A stretch of 64,000 nucleotides of DNA, from positions 4,774,723 to 4,838,722 of the forward strand of contig OZ250179.1 of assembly GCA_965238125.1 (NCBI GenBank), given 5' to 3'. Numbering within the stretch: position 1 is the stretch's first letter; the number at the start of each line of letters is the position of its first letter. Under the pieces are notes generated by a model that was not told the origin of the DNA, ran no database searches, and saw only the letters and a list, made by a program, of their open reading frames with translations. A program made the position numbers and the translations under genes. The DNA is from Bryobacterales bacterium (GTDB lineage: Bacteria; Acidobacteriota; Terriglobia; Bryobacterales; UBA6623). Shown in pieces: positions 31,141 to 40,948 of this stretch.

Positions 31141-31715
31141 CTTGGCCTCCTGCGAAGTAGGTTTGTTTCTTGTCCCTGTCTCCTGACTCAGCATGCGCCG
31201 ACCGAGCGGGGTGAACAAGTAAGTGCACGTTATGTCACGGTAAGTTGGCATGTTGCCTTACCTTGCCGTGCGGGAATTCGGCGAGCTGAGTCACCCTGTC
31301 ACTGCATGCAGGACGCGGTGCAGGGTGCAAAAGGTCGACCCTACAATCGCAAGCCTGAATGGTTCCGACCCGGGCCTTCGAGAGCCACAGCGGCCCTTTG
31401 TGCGACATGAAAATAGTGTCCGAAAATGTCCGGGGGGTTCTGGGGGGCTGCGCGAACTCCGAGAAGATCTTAAGTTGTTATTTAACAACAGATTAGGAAC
31501 TAGAAATCTTGGCTGGAACGCAGCATGCAACAGGGGTCGGCAGTTGTGTCCGCTTTGATAGGTGGGATTCAGTCGGGGGATCTGACCATCCGGCCTTCAT
31601 GAACTACGGAATTACTCAAAAGGGGGTATCCACTTGCTGGTAGTGTCTGAAATCTGCGTTGAACCGAAAACAGCGAACGCTTGCTTTTCGGCTCACCTTG
31701 CCGTACCGTTGAAGT

Positions 31716-32003
31716 ATGGCATCAAGCCGAACTGAACTCCAAGCCCTCAAGAATCTCATCTCCGAAGTTGATCTGATCCTCGAAACAACACCCCTACCCC
31801 AGAACCGAACTGCCCGGAGCCGGGACCTGTTGAGCACGGCCTTGGCGCTCACTGACGATCTGATTGCCCAAACCAAGATGTCTCCTGCGGCTGTCCTGGG
31901 TCGCAAGGGTGGTTCCACCACCGCGAAGCGAGGTTCTGAGTACTTCCGCCAGCTTGCGGCCAAGAGGAAGACGCGGGCGGGCGGCAGGCCCAAGAAACTA
32001 TAG
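31716..32003 (+). CDS. Small basic protein with LGRKGG motif
   Basis: C-terminus AAVLGRKGGSTTAKRGSEYFRQLAAKRKTRAGGRPKK; just inside the left TIR. Confidence 0.7.
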   Translation: MASSRTELQALKNLISEVDLILETTPLPQNRTARSRDLLSTALALTDDLIAQTKMSPAAVLGRKGGSTTAKRGSEYFRQLAAKRKTRAGGRPKKL

Positions 32004-32092
32004 CCGTTTAGAATCAACCAGATAGGATCTGTTGAAAATATAGTAGGAATATTTTACTTGCGTTATTACACGATCTGCAGTAGGGTGTTGGT

Positions 32093-32695
32093 ATGCGAAG
32101 TTCAGCCGATCATATTCCCCTGCCAACGAAAGAACAGGCTGAAGCAATAGTCAATCCGATCAAGGAACCGTTGCGCCAGGCCATCAAGAACGCAATTGAT
32201 GACTGGGACTCTCTCTACGGCGGCGTCAGGCACATTCTGGGCGCGCGCTCCCAGTCCAGCATCATCCATGACCACATAGCCCATCACGCCAAGGAGCTAC
32301 TCGCCTCCACCCCTGACGTGAAGACGTTCAAACGAAAGGGCATCTTCACGATCGCGGTCGAATCAGCAGACATCCGAATCAAGAAGTTGGATGCGAAGTT
32401 GCGCTCCAACAACGTGCGGACGAACCAGCAAACCAAATACTCGTTGCAACTGAAGCTCGACGGATTCTCCGATCTGCCTCGACTAACAGCAGGCTACGTC
32501 CTCGACAACCTACGAATCGAACTTGAGAAAGCTGTCGTGACTCTCCAGGTTGGTCGGACGGTTCGATATGTCGTTCCCCTTACCGAAGAATCGGGGCAGA
32601 GCATTCTACCGTTCACAAGGCCAGTCGAGCCCCCCGCTGCACCACGGAAGCGTGTTCGGGCCAAGAGAACAAGACAAGAAGAAATCAGCGAATGA
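32093..32695 (+). CDS. Unknown 200-aa protein coupled to the XRE-ImmA/IrrE gene
   Basis: ATGA stop/start overlap at 32692-32695; TTGCGT-N17-TAGGGT promoter upstream. Confidence 0.8.
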   Translation: MRSSADHIPLPTKEQAEAIVNPIKEPLRQAIKNAIDDWDSLYGGVRHILGARSQSSIIHDHIAHHAKELLASTPDVKTFKRKGIFTIAVESADIRIKKLDAKLRSNNVRTNQQTKYSLQLKLDGFSDLPRLTAGYVLDNLRIELEKAVVTLQVGRTVRYVVPLTEESGQSILPFTRPVEPPAAPRKRVRAKRTRQEEISE

Positions 32696-33750
32696 GTCGC
32701 CCATTCAATCCCGAGATGCTGATCCTCGCACGCGAATCGCGTGGGCTAACGCAGAAAGAGTTAGCCCACGAGACGGCAATATCTCAGGGCGAGCTATCGA
32801 AGATAGAGACTGGGCTACGAGAGCCTTTTGGCGAGGTAGTTTCCAGGTTGGCTTCTCGCCTGGGATACGCAAGCGGGCTATTTTTCATCGATGATCGGAT
32901 CGTTGGCTCCAGCGGCAACTGTCCCTACTACCGAAAGAGGAAGTCTGCTTCGGTGAAGACGATTAGGCAGGCGCTCGCTGTGGCCAACATCCGTAGGATT
33001 CAGATTTCCCGCCTGCTCATTTCTGGGGTGGCGGAACTTGACACCCAGAAGCAGTTTAGGCGGATCGACATCGAAGATCACCCGGCGGGACCCGCCAATA
33101 TCGCTCGCACGGTTAGAGCGATGTGGTCGCTCCCGCCAGGGCCAATCCAAAATCTGACGCGAGCCGTCGAAGATACTGGTGGCATTGTTTTCAGATGCGA
33201 CTTCGCTTCTAAGATCGACGCTATAAGCCAGTGGCCGACCGGCCTACCTCCGATGTTTTTCATCAACCAAGATATCCCCTGTGACCGTATGCGTTGGACC
33301 CTAGCGCACGAAATCGGTCACGTAATCATGCATCAGATTCCAACTGAGGATATCGAGCAAGAAGCAAACGAATTCGCCGCCGAACTATTGATGCCTGCGA
33401 AAGAGATCGGTCCGCAGCTCACCGAACTATCACTTCCGAAGCTCGCTTCAATGAAGCCTTACTGGAAGGTGTCCATGGCCGCACTCTTGAAGCGTGCATG
33501 CGACCTGAAGACCATCACTCCCCGCCAGAGAAGCTACTTGTGGATGCAAATGGGGGCGCACGGATATCGGAAGCACGAGCCGGTTCCACTTCCCCAGGAA
33601 GATCCAACCTTGGTCCGGGAGATCGTCGATCTACACACCTCACAGTTGGGATTCTCGATCTCCGAACTTTCAGACATGATGCTGATGAAGCCTCCCGAAG
33701 TCCGACAGGAATTCACGCTCCCAAAGACCGGACCTCGGCGCGTTGCTTGA
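32692..33750 (+). CDS. XRE helix-turn-helix fused to ImmA/IrrE Zn metallopeptidase
   Basis: ARESRGLTQKELA...LSKIETG; RWTLAHEIGHVIMH (HExxH); EQEANEFAAELLMP. Confidence 0.93.
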   Translation: MSRPFNPEMLILARESRGLTQKELAHETAISQGELSKIETGLREPFGEVVSRLASRLGYASGLFFIDDRIVGSSGNCPYYRKRKSASVKTIRQALAVANIRRIQISRLLISGVAELDTQKQFRRIDIEDHPAGPANIARTVRAMWSLPPGPIQNLTRAVEDTGGIVFRCDFASKIDAISQWPTGLPPMFFINQDIPCDRMRWTLAHEIGHVIMHQIPTEDIEQEANEFAAELLMPAKEIGPQLTELSLPKLASMKPYWKVSMAALLKRACDLKTITPRQRSYLWMQMGAHGYRKHEPVPLPQEDPTLVREIVDLHTSQLGFSISELSDMMLMKPPEVRQEFTLPKTGPRRVA

Positions 33751-33763
33751 TCCCCTTTTCCTC

Positions 33764-33793
33764 TTGACAAATAGCGAGCGTTCGCTGTATAAT
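33764..33793 (+). promoter_or_regulatory. Consensus sigma70 promoter of the IS1-family transposase with a palindrome in the spacer
   Basis: TTGACA-N18-TATAAT; spacer contains AGCGA-GCGT-TCGCT; ATG 6 nt after the -10. Confidence 0.75.
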
Positions 33794-33799
33794 TGAATC

Positions 33800-34774
33800 A
33801 TGAGAACGTCGATAAAGACAAAGTCTACAATGAGTTGCCAGGAATGTGGCGGCAAGTGTCAACGCTTCGGGAAGCATCGGAATGGACTTCGCCGTTTTCG
33901 TTGCCCGAAGTGCCGCAAGACCTACACCGAACCGCATAAGCGCACTTTGGGCACGATGTACGTTCCTCAGGACAAGGCTTTGTTGGCTGTGCAACTACTG
34001 TTGGAAGGCAACAGCATTCGGAGCACTGAGCGCATCACTGGTCTAGACCGAAACACCATCATGAAGGTCTTGGTACTCGCTGGCGAGAAGTGCAACAAGG
34101 TCATGGGACGGCTGATCGTGAATGTGCCGGTCAAGGATGTTCAGTGCGATGAAATCTGGGGCTACATCTTCAAGAAGGAAGGCCACAAGACCCCCGAGGA
34201 AGTCGCCACTGACGCCACGATCGGAGACGCTTACGCGTTCGTTGCGATCGAGCGGAACACGAAGCTGATTCTCAACTTTGCGCTGGGCCGTCGGGATCAG
34301 GCAACGACGGACGCCTTTATTGAAGGCTTGCGGCTTGCCACTGCACCCCGGCAGTTCCAGATCTCTACCGATGGCTTCCGGCCGTACATCACGGCGATTG
34401 AGGATGCTCTTGAAGACCGCGTTGACTACGGCATGCTGGTTAAGCAATACAGCGAGGCTCCGACCGATGAGAAGCGCTATAGCCCGGCCCAATGTACCGG
34501 CTGCAAGCGGAAAAAGATGATCGGCAACCCGGATCGAGAGCGCATCAGCACGTCCCACGTCGAACGCCAGAATCTCACAATGCGGATGCAGATTCGACGC
34601 CTAACGCGGCTCACGAACGCTTTCAGCAAGAAGTGGGAGAACCATTGGGCGGCGCTCGCCCTGCATTTCGGATACTACAATTTCTGTCGGATTCACTCAT
34701 CGATCCGAGTCACCCCGGCCATGGAAGCGGGGATCTCGGATCACGTGTGGGACTTGGGAGAGCTGCTGTCGTAA
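33800..34774 (+). CDS. IS1-family DDE transposase, single ORF with N-terminal Zn ribbon; intact
   Basis: CQEC...CPKC, VQCDEIWGY, STDGFRPY, STSHVERQN, RRLTRLTNAFSKK. Confidence 0.92.
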   Translation: MRTSIKTKSTMSCQECGGKCQRFGKHRNGLRRFRCPKCRKTYTEPHKRTLGTMYVPQDKALLAVQLLLEGNSIRSTERITGLDRNTIMKVLVLAGEKCNKVMGRLIVNVPVKDVQCDEIWGYIFKKEGHKTPEEVATDATIGDAYAFVAIERNTKLILNFALGRRDQATTDAFIEGLRLATAPRQFQISTDGFRPYITAIEDALEDRVDYGMLVKQYSEAPTDEKRYSPAQCTGCKRKKMIGNPDRERISTSHVERQNLTMRMQIRRLTRLTNAFSKKWENHWAALALHFGYYNFCRIHSSIRVTPAMEAGISDHVWDLGELLS

Positions 34775-34839
34775 AGTTCAACGCAGATTTCAGACAGCAC
34801 CCACTTGCTTGGACCAGCCACAAGATGTAGAATTCCGGG

Positions 34840-35583
34840 ATGGTGGAGGAGTCCGGGCCGCATCCTATTGGCGGCGTTGACTATCCCAGAACCCTGCCGG
34901 AGCTCGACGATTGGTTCTCGTAGGAAGCGACGTGTCTGGCGTTTCTGCAACGGGTTCGGTGGCGGGAGAGCTTCCGATGCCCGCAATGTGCCGGCAGCGA
35001 GGCCTGGCTGACCAATACTGGCCACCTGAAGTGTAGAAAGTGTCGGCGTCGAACCTCTCTGACGGCGGGGACGATTTTTGAACGGACGCGAAAGCCCCTG
35101 CGAGTGTGGTTTCAGGCGATGTGGTACCTGACCAGCCAGAAATCCGGAGGGAGTGCGTTGGGGCTTCAGCGGGTGCTCGGCCTGGGCAGCTACCAGACAG
35201 CTTGGAGTTGGCTCCACAAGCTGCGGCGTGCGATGGTCCGGCCTGACCGGGATCGGCTCAACGGCTGTGTGGAGGTGGATGACACCTACGTCGGTGGCGA
35301 GGAAGAAGGCGTGCGCGGCCGACAAACCGAAGAGAAGGCGATCGTTGTCGTCGCGGCCGAGCAGGACGGGCGGGGGATCGGCCGAATCCGGCTCCGACGG
35401 GTACCCGACGTCTCTAGCGAGAGTCTGCACGGCTTCATCGAAGAAGCGGTCACCCCTCTGGGTCGGTGGTTCACACGGACGGATGGAAGGGCTATCACAA
35501 CATCGCCAAGAAGGGCTCCACTCACAAGGTCACGGTGATCCGCCAAAGCGACGACCCGGCGCACAAACTGATGCCCCGTGTGA
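34840..35583 (+). pseudogene. IS1595-family transposase remnant
   Basis: YPRTLPE, CPQC..CRKC, VEVDDTYVGG, VHTDGWKGY; TAG at 34921, frameshift near 35457, 3' truncated. Confidence 0.88.
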
Positions 35584-35797
35584 TACCCGGGGTCCCCACC
35601 GCGGGAGCGCCTTGTGGTTCGCCAAGACTACGCAGCCGCTTAGATTGAAGTGCTTGCGTCGAATCTCAACTGACAGTCAGGACCGCGGTTCGCACAGCCT
35701 GGTAGCAGTGATTCAGCTGATTCCCTCACTCGTTCGACTGCTCCAACGCTCGACGAATCGTCTGACGCACACCTTCCAAGGCGTCTTGCTGCCCGGC

Positions 35798-36228
35798 GAC
35801 GCTTATGACGCGGGCGGCAACCTGACGAACGATCCGCATGTCGGCAAGATGGCCTACGACGGTGAGAACCATCAGACGAGCTTCGATGCCACCGGCGACG
35901 GCGCTCCCGAAGCGACTTATGAATACGACGGCCACGGAAACCGTGTGAAGAAGATCGAGGGCGCCGCGACCACGGTCTTCGTCTACGACGCCTTCGGGAA
36001 CCTGGCCGCCGAATACGCAACCGCGCCCGACGCCAATCTTTCGGCGAGACGTTCTACCGAACCCTCGATCATCTAGGCTCGACGCGCCTGGTGACCGATG
36101 AGGTCGGAGCGGTCGTCACCCGGCACGATTTCTTCCCCTTCGGCGAAGAAATCCCGGCCAGCGCAACCTTCGGAAACCGCCAACTCCAGGTCGACGGCGG
36201 CTCGTCCACAACCTACAACCAACCCCTA
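35798..36228 (+). pseudogene. RHS/YD-repeat protein internal fragment
   Basis: YDAGGN, YDGENH, YDGHGNRVKK, YDAFGNL; after a frameshift near 36040, TLDHLGSTRLVTD...HDFFPFGEE; core and toxin absent. Confidence 0.85.
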
Positions 36229-37321
36229 TTGAGTCTCGCAAAACAAAGTGACACTTTTTTGGGGTACGTACGTCTTTGTATGTATGGGAAATACAAAAGG
36301 CGTACGGCGGGATTTCGAGGCCCTGGAGAAGCGCCGTTTCAAAGCGATCCGGTTGGTCGAGCAAGGCTGTAGTCAGTCCGAGACAGCGAGGCGATTGAAG
36401 GTCGCGCGGCAAAGCGTCAGCGAGTGGCTGCGACGATACCGGCGTGACGGCGAAGCCGGGTTGCGCCAGGCCGGCCGCGCCGGCCGTAAGCCGCTGTTGG
36501 ACGCCGCGCAGCTCGAACGCCTCGAGGCGTTGCTGCTGGAAGGCCCCGAGGCGCACGGCTTCCCGACGCCGCTGTGGAGCTGTCCGCGGGTCGCTCGTCT
36601 GATCGGAGACGAGTTCGGCGTGCGCTATCACGAGGGCCATGTCTGGAAGATCCTGCGGGCGCTCGGTTGGAGCCCGCAACGGCCCGTCGGCAAAGCGCGG
36701 GAGCGCAACGAAGAGGCCATCCGCGGCTGGCAGCGCAAGACTTGGCCGGCCATTAAAAAAAAGCCCGCAAAGAAGAACGTACGATCGTCTTCATCGACGA
36801 AAGCGGATTGAGTCAGAAGCCGCATCGTTGCCGCACCTGGGCGCCGCGCGGCGAGACACCGGTGTTGGAGTTCAACTTCAACTGGGACAAGCTGTCGGTG
36901 TCGGCCGGGCTGACGTTGCGCAACTTTTACTTCCGGCTCTATCCCGGCGCGATCGGCGAGCTGGAGGTCATCGACTTCCTGAAGGCTTTGGTGCGCCACA
37001 TCGACGGCCCACTGCTGATCGTCTGGGACCGGCTGCCGGCGCACCGCAGCCGCCTGGTGCGGGAGTTCATCCAGCTCTCCGAGGATCACATCGCAACGGA
37101 GTACTTGCCGCCCTATGCGCCGGAGTTGAACCCGGTGGAATACATTTGGGCGTACTGGAAGCAGCACGAGTTGCCCAACGTCTGCCCGAAGGACTACTGG
37201 GAACTCGACGAGCGCGCCCGCAAAGCGCTGCGGCGAATGCGCCGCAAACCGCGCTTGATTACCGCTTTCTGGAAACAGTCTTCTCTTTGTCTCGATTGAC
37301 AGTATATTATGCGAGATTCAG
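36229..37321 (+). mobile_element. IS630-family element, copy 3 (the only + strand copy)
   Basis: TA at 36227-28 and 37322-23; one substitution in the right TIR (GAGATTCAG). Confidence 0.96.
36248..37299 (+). CDS. IS630 transposase (predicted -1 frameshift at A8, 36755-36762)
   Basis: Same organisation as copy 1. Confidence 0.92.
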
Positions 37322-38362
37322 TAGGTGAAAGATATGCCAAACAAGAAAAATCCTCGCCACATTCTCCCAACGCTGATCTGCCTGGTGTTGGTCCTTGGAC
37401 TGACCACGACCGGCTGCAGCAGAATATTTGATGCACTTTTCTTTGACTTTAAAGACCGGGCGGATCGAGAGCAGGATAGACTCTGTACGGCGGGAACCTC
37501 CATTACGTGCACAGACACCACAGGCGAGAACATCGAAAAGCTGCCGGTGCCTGGGGGAGTCGAGCACGCCACTCTGCTTCCCACAGTAGCCGGGGGAGAC
37601 AACTCTTCGTCGCGGTTGGGATTGACCGCGGCTGGCGCCAAAACTGCCCCCAAAGGCGCCGCCCAAGTTGCCGCGGAGGAACCGCGCCTGATCTTCGTTG
37701 CCAACACGACAGCTCAAATTCTGAATCTAGGCACGAACACCCTAGGGGCCCAGGCGCAACTCACCGGCCGGATCCAGCTTGGAATTCCCGTCGCCGTCTC
37801 GGGAGACGCCGCTTTCGCGGCCGCAATGGTGAGGCGGGCTGCCGGAGGCACTGGCGGAGTAGACCACTCAGTAGATCTCATTGACTTGAGCAGCATGACC
37901 CGCACCGGCACCATCGAACTCCCAGCGGGATGCGATGCACGCGGGATGGCCTTCATTCCAGGAACGAGCGAATTCGCCGTGACCTGCACGGATGACGACG
38001 CCATTCGCTTCTATTCTCTCAACGGCGGCGCCGGAAGCGAGCAAATTCGGGAGATCACCGGCTGCGAAGGCGCTCGCGCGGTCGTATTTACAGCCGACGG
38101 GCAGCGCGGCCTGTTCTCCTGCACCGGCAGCGTTTGGGTGTACGACGTTCTCTCGGACTCCGTGGTACACACCATCGAAGGGTTTGATTTTGTGCGAGCG
38201 ATGGCGACGGCGATGGCTGCCACCCGAGCCTATTTCGTCAACGTGAGGGACAATGTCGCCGAACTGATTGTCGTCGACCTGGCAACATACGACATCGTCC
38301 GGACGACCGAATTGGGCGCCAGCCGCTTCCCCGGCACTGTCGTCGTCGGGCCTGATGATCTA

Positions 38363-39455
38363 CTGAGTCTCGCATAATATACTGTCAATCGAGACAAAGA
38401 GAAGACTGTTTCCAGAAAGCGGTAATCAAGCGCGGTTTGCGGCGCATTCGCCGCAGCGCTTTGCGGGCGCGCTCGTCGAGTTCCCAGTAGTCCTTCGGGC
38501 AGACGTTGGGCAACTCGTGCTGCTTCCAGTACGCCCAAATGTATTCCACCGGGTTCAACTCCGGCGCATAGGGCGGCAAGTACTCCGTTGCGATGTGATC
38601 CTCGGAGAGCTGGATGAACTCCCGCACCAGGCGGCTGCGGTGCGCCGGCAGCCGGTCCCAGACGATCAGCAGTGGGCCGTCGATGTGGCGCACCAAAGCC
38701 TTCAGGAAGTCGATGACCTCCAGCTCGCCGATCGCGCCGGGATAGAGCCGGAAGTAAAAGTTGCGCAACGTCAGCCCGGCCGACACCGACAGCTTGTCCC
38801 AGTTGAAGTTGAACTCCAACACCGGTGTCTCGCCGCGCGGCGCCCAGGTGCGGCAACGATGCGGCTTCTGACTCAATCCGCTTTCGTCGATGAAGACGAT
38901 CGTACGTTCTTCTTTGCGGGCTTTTTTTTAATGGCCGGCCAAGTCTTGCGCTGCCAGCCGCGGATGGCCTCTTCGTTGCGCTCCCGCGCTTTGCCGACGG
39001 GCCGTTGCGGGCTCCAACCGAGCGCCCGCAGGATCTTCCAGACATGGCCCTCGTGATAGCGCACGCCGAACTCGTCTCCGATCAGACGAGCGACCCGCGG
39101 ACAGCTCCACAGCGGCGTCGGGAAGCCGTGCGCCTCGGGGCCTTCCAGCAGCAACGCCTCGAGGCGTTCGAGCTGCGCGGCGTCCAACAGCGGCTTACGG
39201 CCGGCGCGGCCGGCCTGGCGCAACCCGGCTTCGCCGTCACGCCGGTATCGTCGCAGCCACTCGCTGACGCTTTGCCGCGCGACCTTCAATCGCCTCGCTG
39301 TCTCGGACTGACTACAGCCTTGCTCGACCAACCGGATCGCTTTGAAACGGCGCTTCTCCAGGGCCTCGAAATCCCGCCGTACGCCTTTTGTATTTCCCAT
39401 ACATACAAAGACGTACGTACCCCAAAAAAGTGTCACTTTGTTTTGCGAGACTCAA
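38363..39455 (-). mobile_element. IS630-family element, copy 4
   Basis: TA at 38361-62 and 39456-57. Confidence 0.96.
38385..39436 (-). CDS. IS630 transposase (predicted -1 frameshift)
   Basis: Same organisation as copy 1. Confidence 0.92.
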
Positions 39456-39833
39456 TAAGAGTCTATGTGCTCGCGGTAGAACGCGAAGGGCAAGGGCCCG
39501 GGTTGGTTGTCACCCACAAGCAGGGAGTCGAACTGGATTTTGTGCCGTCCCCCGGTTTCCCGAGCACTTTCTTCATCGTCCGACTCCCCGTCTCGACTTA
39601 GTCGCTCTCCGGGTCCCGCCCGCCAGAGGCCGCTATTAATGACGTGGCAGCGCGCCCCTACAAGAGTGATCCTCGTGCGTTAGAGTGTGCATACGATGTT
39701 AGTTAGCCTTCATGGCCTTATCTGCGGGGCGTCGTAGTTTTCGGTCGAGGAAGTCCTGGTTTTGACACGGGGCGCGCCGGCCCTCGGGCTTCCGTTGCTC
39801 CGGCCGGTGCAATCTTGTACACGGAGGTATACC

Positions 39834-40829
39834 ATGGAATTCGCGAAAGTGACCTTCAGCACGCGTTTCGGCCGCCTACGCCTACGCGGTCTTGTTCTCA
39901 CCGCCGCTCTTGTCCAGTCCGCCGCCGGCGAGGGCGTTTACAAGGAAGTGCCATGGCCGATGCCGGCCGAGACCATGATCGGCACGCCCTCTCCTTGGCA
40001 TTTCGGCGAAGTAGTCGCGGCGGCAACAACCAAGGCCGGTAACATCCTGGTGTTTCATCGCGGCGCCCACCCGATCATGGAGTTCGACCCGCATGGGAAG
40101 TTCTTGCGTTCCTGGGGCGACGGAATGATCAGCGAGGGCAAGGTTACCCGGGTTGAACCGAAGGACCGCGCGCCGGGTGCGTCGGGCTATACCGCCGTCT
40201 ACGGGCCGCCCGGATGCTACTCCTGCGGCGCCCACTCGGTGCGTGTCGACCCCGAGGGAAACATCTGGGTCGTGGACGCCGGCGCTCACGCGGTCTACAA
40301 GATGAATGCGGAAGGGCGCGTGATCTTGCAGCTTGGCGTCAAGGGCGAGTCGGGGGTCGACACCAAGCATTTCAATTTGCCTACCGATGTTGCCTTCGCG
40401 CCCAACGGCGATATCTACGTCAGCGACGGCTACGGCAGCGCACGGGTGGTCAAATATTCCGCGGCGGGGGAATACCTGTTGCAGTGGGGCAAAAGAGGAA
40501 CCGGTCCGGGGGAATTCGGACTGCCCCATAACCTGGTCGTCGACGCGCGGGGGCGGGTCTACGTGACCGATCGGGACAACCGGCGCATTCAGGTTTTCGA
40601 TCCCCAAGGCAAGTTTCTCGACCAGTGGGAGGACGTCGGAAGCGTCTCCACGCTCTTCATGACCGAAGACCAACACATTTGGACGGGTGGAATCTTGCGG
40701 AACCTGAAAGGGGAAGTCGTGGCAAAATTGCCGGGAAACCCGGGCGGGCATGGCACGACCGTCACCGAATTGGGAGACGTCTTTATCGCGCAACTCAGCG
40801 GGATCGCGCAGAAGTTCGTGAAAGACTGA
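39834..40829 (+). CDS. NHL-repeat (PAL/PAM-lyase-like) beta-propeller protein
   Basis: ATG after GGAGG; FNLPTDVAFAPNGDIYVSDGYG, GEFGLPH, VYVTDRDNRRIQVFD. Confidence 0.9.
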   Translation: MEFAKVTFSTRFGRLRLRGLVLTAALVQSAAGEGVYKEVPWPMPAETMIGTPSPWHFGEVVAAATTKAGNILVFHRGAHPIMEFDPHGKFLRSWGDGMISEGKVTRVEPKDRAPGASGYTAVYGPPGCYSCGAHSVRVDPEGNIWVVDAGAHAVYKMNAEGRVILQLGVKGESGVDTKHFNLPTDVAFAPNGDIYVSDGYGSARVVKYSAAGEYLLQWGKRGTGPGEFGLPHNLVVDARGRVYVTDRDNRRIQVFDPQGKFLDQWEDVGSVSTLFMTEDQHIWTGGILRNLKGEVVAKLPGNPGGHGTTVTELGDVFIAQLSGIAQKFVKD

Positions 40830-40871
40830 GACGGCTCGGGTGGGGACTACGATTGGGGCGAGTTAGGGGGA

Positions 40872-40930
40872 GACAAGCTGAGAGCTTGTCTTAACTGTGG
40901 GCTGGGACCGGCAAGAGTGCCGGTCGCTAC
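40872..40930. repeat. Two-hairpin REP/BIME-like module, copy 2
   Basis: GACAAGCTGAGAGCTTGTC plus GACCGGCAAGAGTGCCGGTCGCTAC, between convergent genes. Confidence 0.7.
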
Positions 40931-40948
40931 TTCAATCCGGTCGCTACC

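Larger units (their letters stand above)
31639..34801 (+). mobile_element. IS1-family transporter IS with three passenger genes (3163 bp)
   Basis: 26-bp TIRs GGT(AG/GC)TGTCTGAAATCTGCGTTGAAC at 31639-64 and 34776-801; 8-bp duplication CACTTGCT at 31631-38 and 34802-09. Confidence 0.93.
37325..39601 (+). pseudogene. Lipoprotein-like YVTN/beta-propeller protein split by IS630 copy 4
   Basis: Hydrophobic signal ending TTGC; IS removal restores 393 aa (...GPDDL-RVYVL...). Confidence 0.8.

Noticed and set aside
37296-37323. Outward hybrid promoter from TTGACA at the IS630 right end
   Set aside because: TTGACA is 20 nt from the end, so a 17-nt spacer puts the -10 at CAGTAn inside the TIR; no good -10 forms at any of the six sites.
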